Shown here: in pieces, positions 62,735-64,000 of the stretch
How the letters are laid out: the number at the start of each line of letters is the position of its first letter
Position numbering within the stretch: position 1 is the stretch's first letter
Assembly (NCBI GenBank): GCA_905236005.1
Contig: CAJONJ010000019.1
Span: 5,999-69,998, forward strand
Direction of reading: 5' to 3'
Length of the DNA stretch: 64,000 bases
Source: an uncultured Alphaproteobacteria bacterium
GTDB taxonomy: Bacteria; Pseudomonadota; Alphaproteobacteria; Rs-D84
Made by a program: the position numbers and the translations under genes
The notes under the pieces: generated by a model
The model's input: only the letters and a program-made list of their open reading frames with translations
Database searches by the model: none
What the model was told of the DNA's origin: nothing

Positions 62735-63487
62735 ATGAGTAATAACCAAGATGAAAATTTAGATTTGTTAGATTTAGAAGATGATAACGAAGTGGATGTT
62801 TTACCAGAAGCAACACCGTTTTCTGCACCTCGTCCGAAAAGACCTTGGTTATTGATGGGGCTGGGGTTAGCGATTGTTGTGTTGGCTACTTGGATCGTTA
62901 TTGAACGTGTGGGCGGAGATTCATCTTCGTCAGCTAGTTTTGATTTAGATGCACCCGTTGAAAAAGTAGAGGTTCCATCTGAACCAGTAGCAGATTTAAA
63001 TGTGCCTGCGAAACCTGTCAAAGTGGAAACCCAACTAAAAACTGAAAAAATTGTGCAAAAACAGGTTGAAGCCAAACCTGTGGAATCAAATGGTAATCCT
63101 GTTCGTGTTGTAGAAGACAGAAAAGAAGTCACATTTAATCCTGATAAACCAGCAACAAAACCGGCTGTTCAAAAGGCAACAACACAGAAAAAAATATCTG
63201 CACCAGCAACTGTGAAAAAAACAACGACACAGGTGGCTGCTAGTACTGGTAGCATTTATGTGCAATTTGGTTCTTACAGCACACGTGAGTTAGCTAAGGC
63301 TGCTGAACAAAAGATTCGTAACGCACATCCAAGTTTGTTTAATGGTAAACAGTTTGTTATTTTGGCTGCTGAGGTCAAAGGTCAAACTATTTACAGATTG
63401 CGTGTTCCATTTCATTCTGCATCCGAAGCAAATGGTTTTTGTCGCAATGCAAAATCTGATGGATTGGATTGTTATGTAGCAAAATAA
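62735..63487 (+). CDS. SPOR-domain (septal peptidoglycan-binding) protein
   Basis: 250 aa. Acidic N-terminus, one TM segment, K/P/V-rich linker and a C-terminal SPOR domain (IYVQFGSYSTRELAKAAEQKI...YRLRVPFHSASEANGFC). Confidence 0.8.
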   Translation: MSNNQDENLDLLDLEDDNEVDVLPEATPFSAPRPKRPWLLMGLGLAIVVLATWIVIERVGGDSSSSASFDLDAPVEKVEVPSEPVADLNVPAKPVKVETQLKTEKIVQKQVEAKPVESNGNPVRVVEDRKEVTFNPDKPATKPAVQKATTQKKISAPATVKKTTTQVAASTGSIYVQFGSYSTRELAKAAEQKIRNAHPSLFNGKQFVILAAEVKGQTIYRLRVPFHSASEANGFCRNAKSDGLDCYVAK

Positions 63488-63503
63488 ATCAAAGGTGGTA
63501 AAT

Positions 63504-63683
63504 ATGCATATAGGTATAACAGAACTTCTTTTAATATTGGTAATAATTTTGGTCTTGTTTGGGGCTGCAAAATTTCCAGCTATGATGAAAAATTTGGCTA
63601 GTGGTGTTAAAGAGTTTAAAAAAGAAATCAAGTCTGAAGAGCCAAAGAAAAATTCTAAACAAACAAAGACTAAGAAAAAATAA
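63504..63683 (+). CDS. tatA: Twin-arginine translocase subunit TatA/E
   Basis: The track start at 63495 is a GTG. The ATG at 63504 follows an AAAGGTGG RBS. MHIGITELLLILVIILVLFGAAKFP... Confidence 0.88.
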   Translation: MHIGITELLLILVIILVLFGAAKFPAMMKNLASGVKEFKKEIKSEEPKKNSKQTKTKKK

Positions 63684-63690
63684 AGTGTAA

Positions 63691-63719
63691 AAAAATCCGC
63701 AAATTTTGCGGATTTTTTT
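63691..63719. terminator. Bidirectional intrinsic terminator (tatA / dksA convergent pair)
   Basis: AAAAATCCGCAAA-TT-TTTGCGGATTTTT. Confidence 0.75.
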
Positions 63720-63731
63720 ATGGTGTAAAAT

Positions 63732-64000
63732 TTATTTTTCGTTCTTTTCTATTTCTTCTTGTTCTTCTATGGTTTTTGTTGCCAATGGACGAGCCATCAA
63801 ACGTTGAAGACCAATTTCTTCACCGGATATATCGCTGTATCCAAATGTACCATTTTCAATACGTTCTAATGCTTCATCAATTTTTCTTAACAAATTCCCA
63901 TTGCGTTCAGACATGCGTAAATTCATAGTAACTTCTTGTTCAAAAGTTGCCTGATCTTGATCGTCACCTACACCATCATTTTCAGATTTTTCAGCAACAC
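63732..64000 (-). CDS. dksA: DksA/TraR-family regulator, Cys-less variant; N-terminus beyond the window edge
   Basis: The frame stays open to the window end (…VAEKSENDGVGDDQDQATFEQEVTMNLRMSERNGNLLRKIDEALERIENGTFGYSDISGEEIGLQRLMARPLATKTIEEQ). The DksA coiled-coil tip and C-terminus are present, but the zinc-finger Cys positions are S/S/T/E. Confidence 0.8.
   Translation of the reverse strand, partial: VAEKSENDGVGDDQDQATFEQEVTMNLRMSERNGNLLRKIDEALERIENGTFGYSDISGEEIGLQRLMARPLATKTIEEQEEIEKNEK

Noticed and set aside
62689-63132. 147-aa minus-strand ORF opposite the SPOR-domain gene; likewise 63290-63631 minus
   Set aside because: They are antisense to a gene with a clear promoter, TM segment, linker and SPOR domain. 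Their Ser/Thr-rich low-complexity translations mirror the K/P/V-rich linker.

Overview
AT-rich, gene-dense chromosomal segment from a Gram-negative bacterium. Gene content (rpoH, Cys-less dksA, RHH_4-type small protein, DUF721/DciA-like, lptF/G, bamB, secB, virD4) suggests a host-associated or reduced-genome alphaproteobacterium; this is inference, as the window has no rRNA. I support about 66 protein genes. By eye I found no tRNA, rRNA, CRISPR array, IS element or integrase-bounded island. The backbone is housekeeping: xthA, mnmE-ruvA, yebC, secB, mltA, ruvC, recA, typA, serS, trxB, xerD, lptF/G, greA-mutL, yajC-secDF, ftsK, rarA, trmB, gltX, der, rpoH, rsmE-rluB, thrS, tatA, dksA. Most interesting observations, in my order: (1) a tightly coupled four-gene operon at 42512-44600, encoding a membrane protein with a P/Q linker, an HNH-like protein lacking the His-His dyad, a SUKH-like protein and an RHH protein, which matches no named system I know; (2) a 9-codon leader ORF MTTTTPLGV whose four Thr codons form the 5' arm of a terminator-like hairpin upstream of thrS; (3) three tandem 526-aa AMP-ligase paralogs (553-5366) with divergent N-terminal domains but nucleotide-identical C-terminal tracts; (4) an in-frame ybeY-lnt fusion joined by a 9-Cys linker; (5) an orphan virD4 apparently co-transcribed with LpoB-like and TPR lipoproteins and probably leaderless; (6) a 7.5-kb island of eight transferase genes, including a Stealth phosphotransferase, between recA and typA; (7) an S41/CtpA-like protein that appears to lack both catalytic residues. 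The ORF track uses TTG/GTG as starts, so several N-termini were re-called to downstream ATGs with a ribosome-binding site (RBS). All homology calls come from motif recognition by eye, not from searches.
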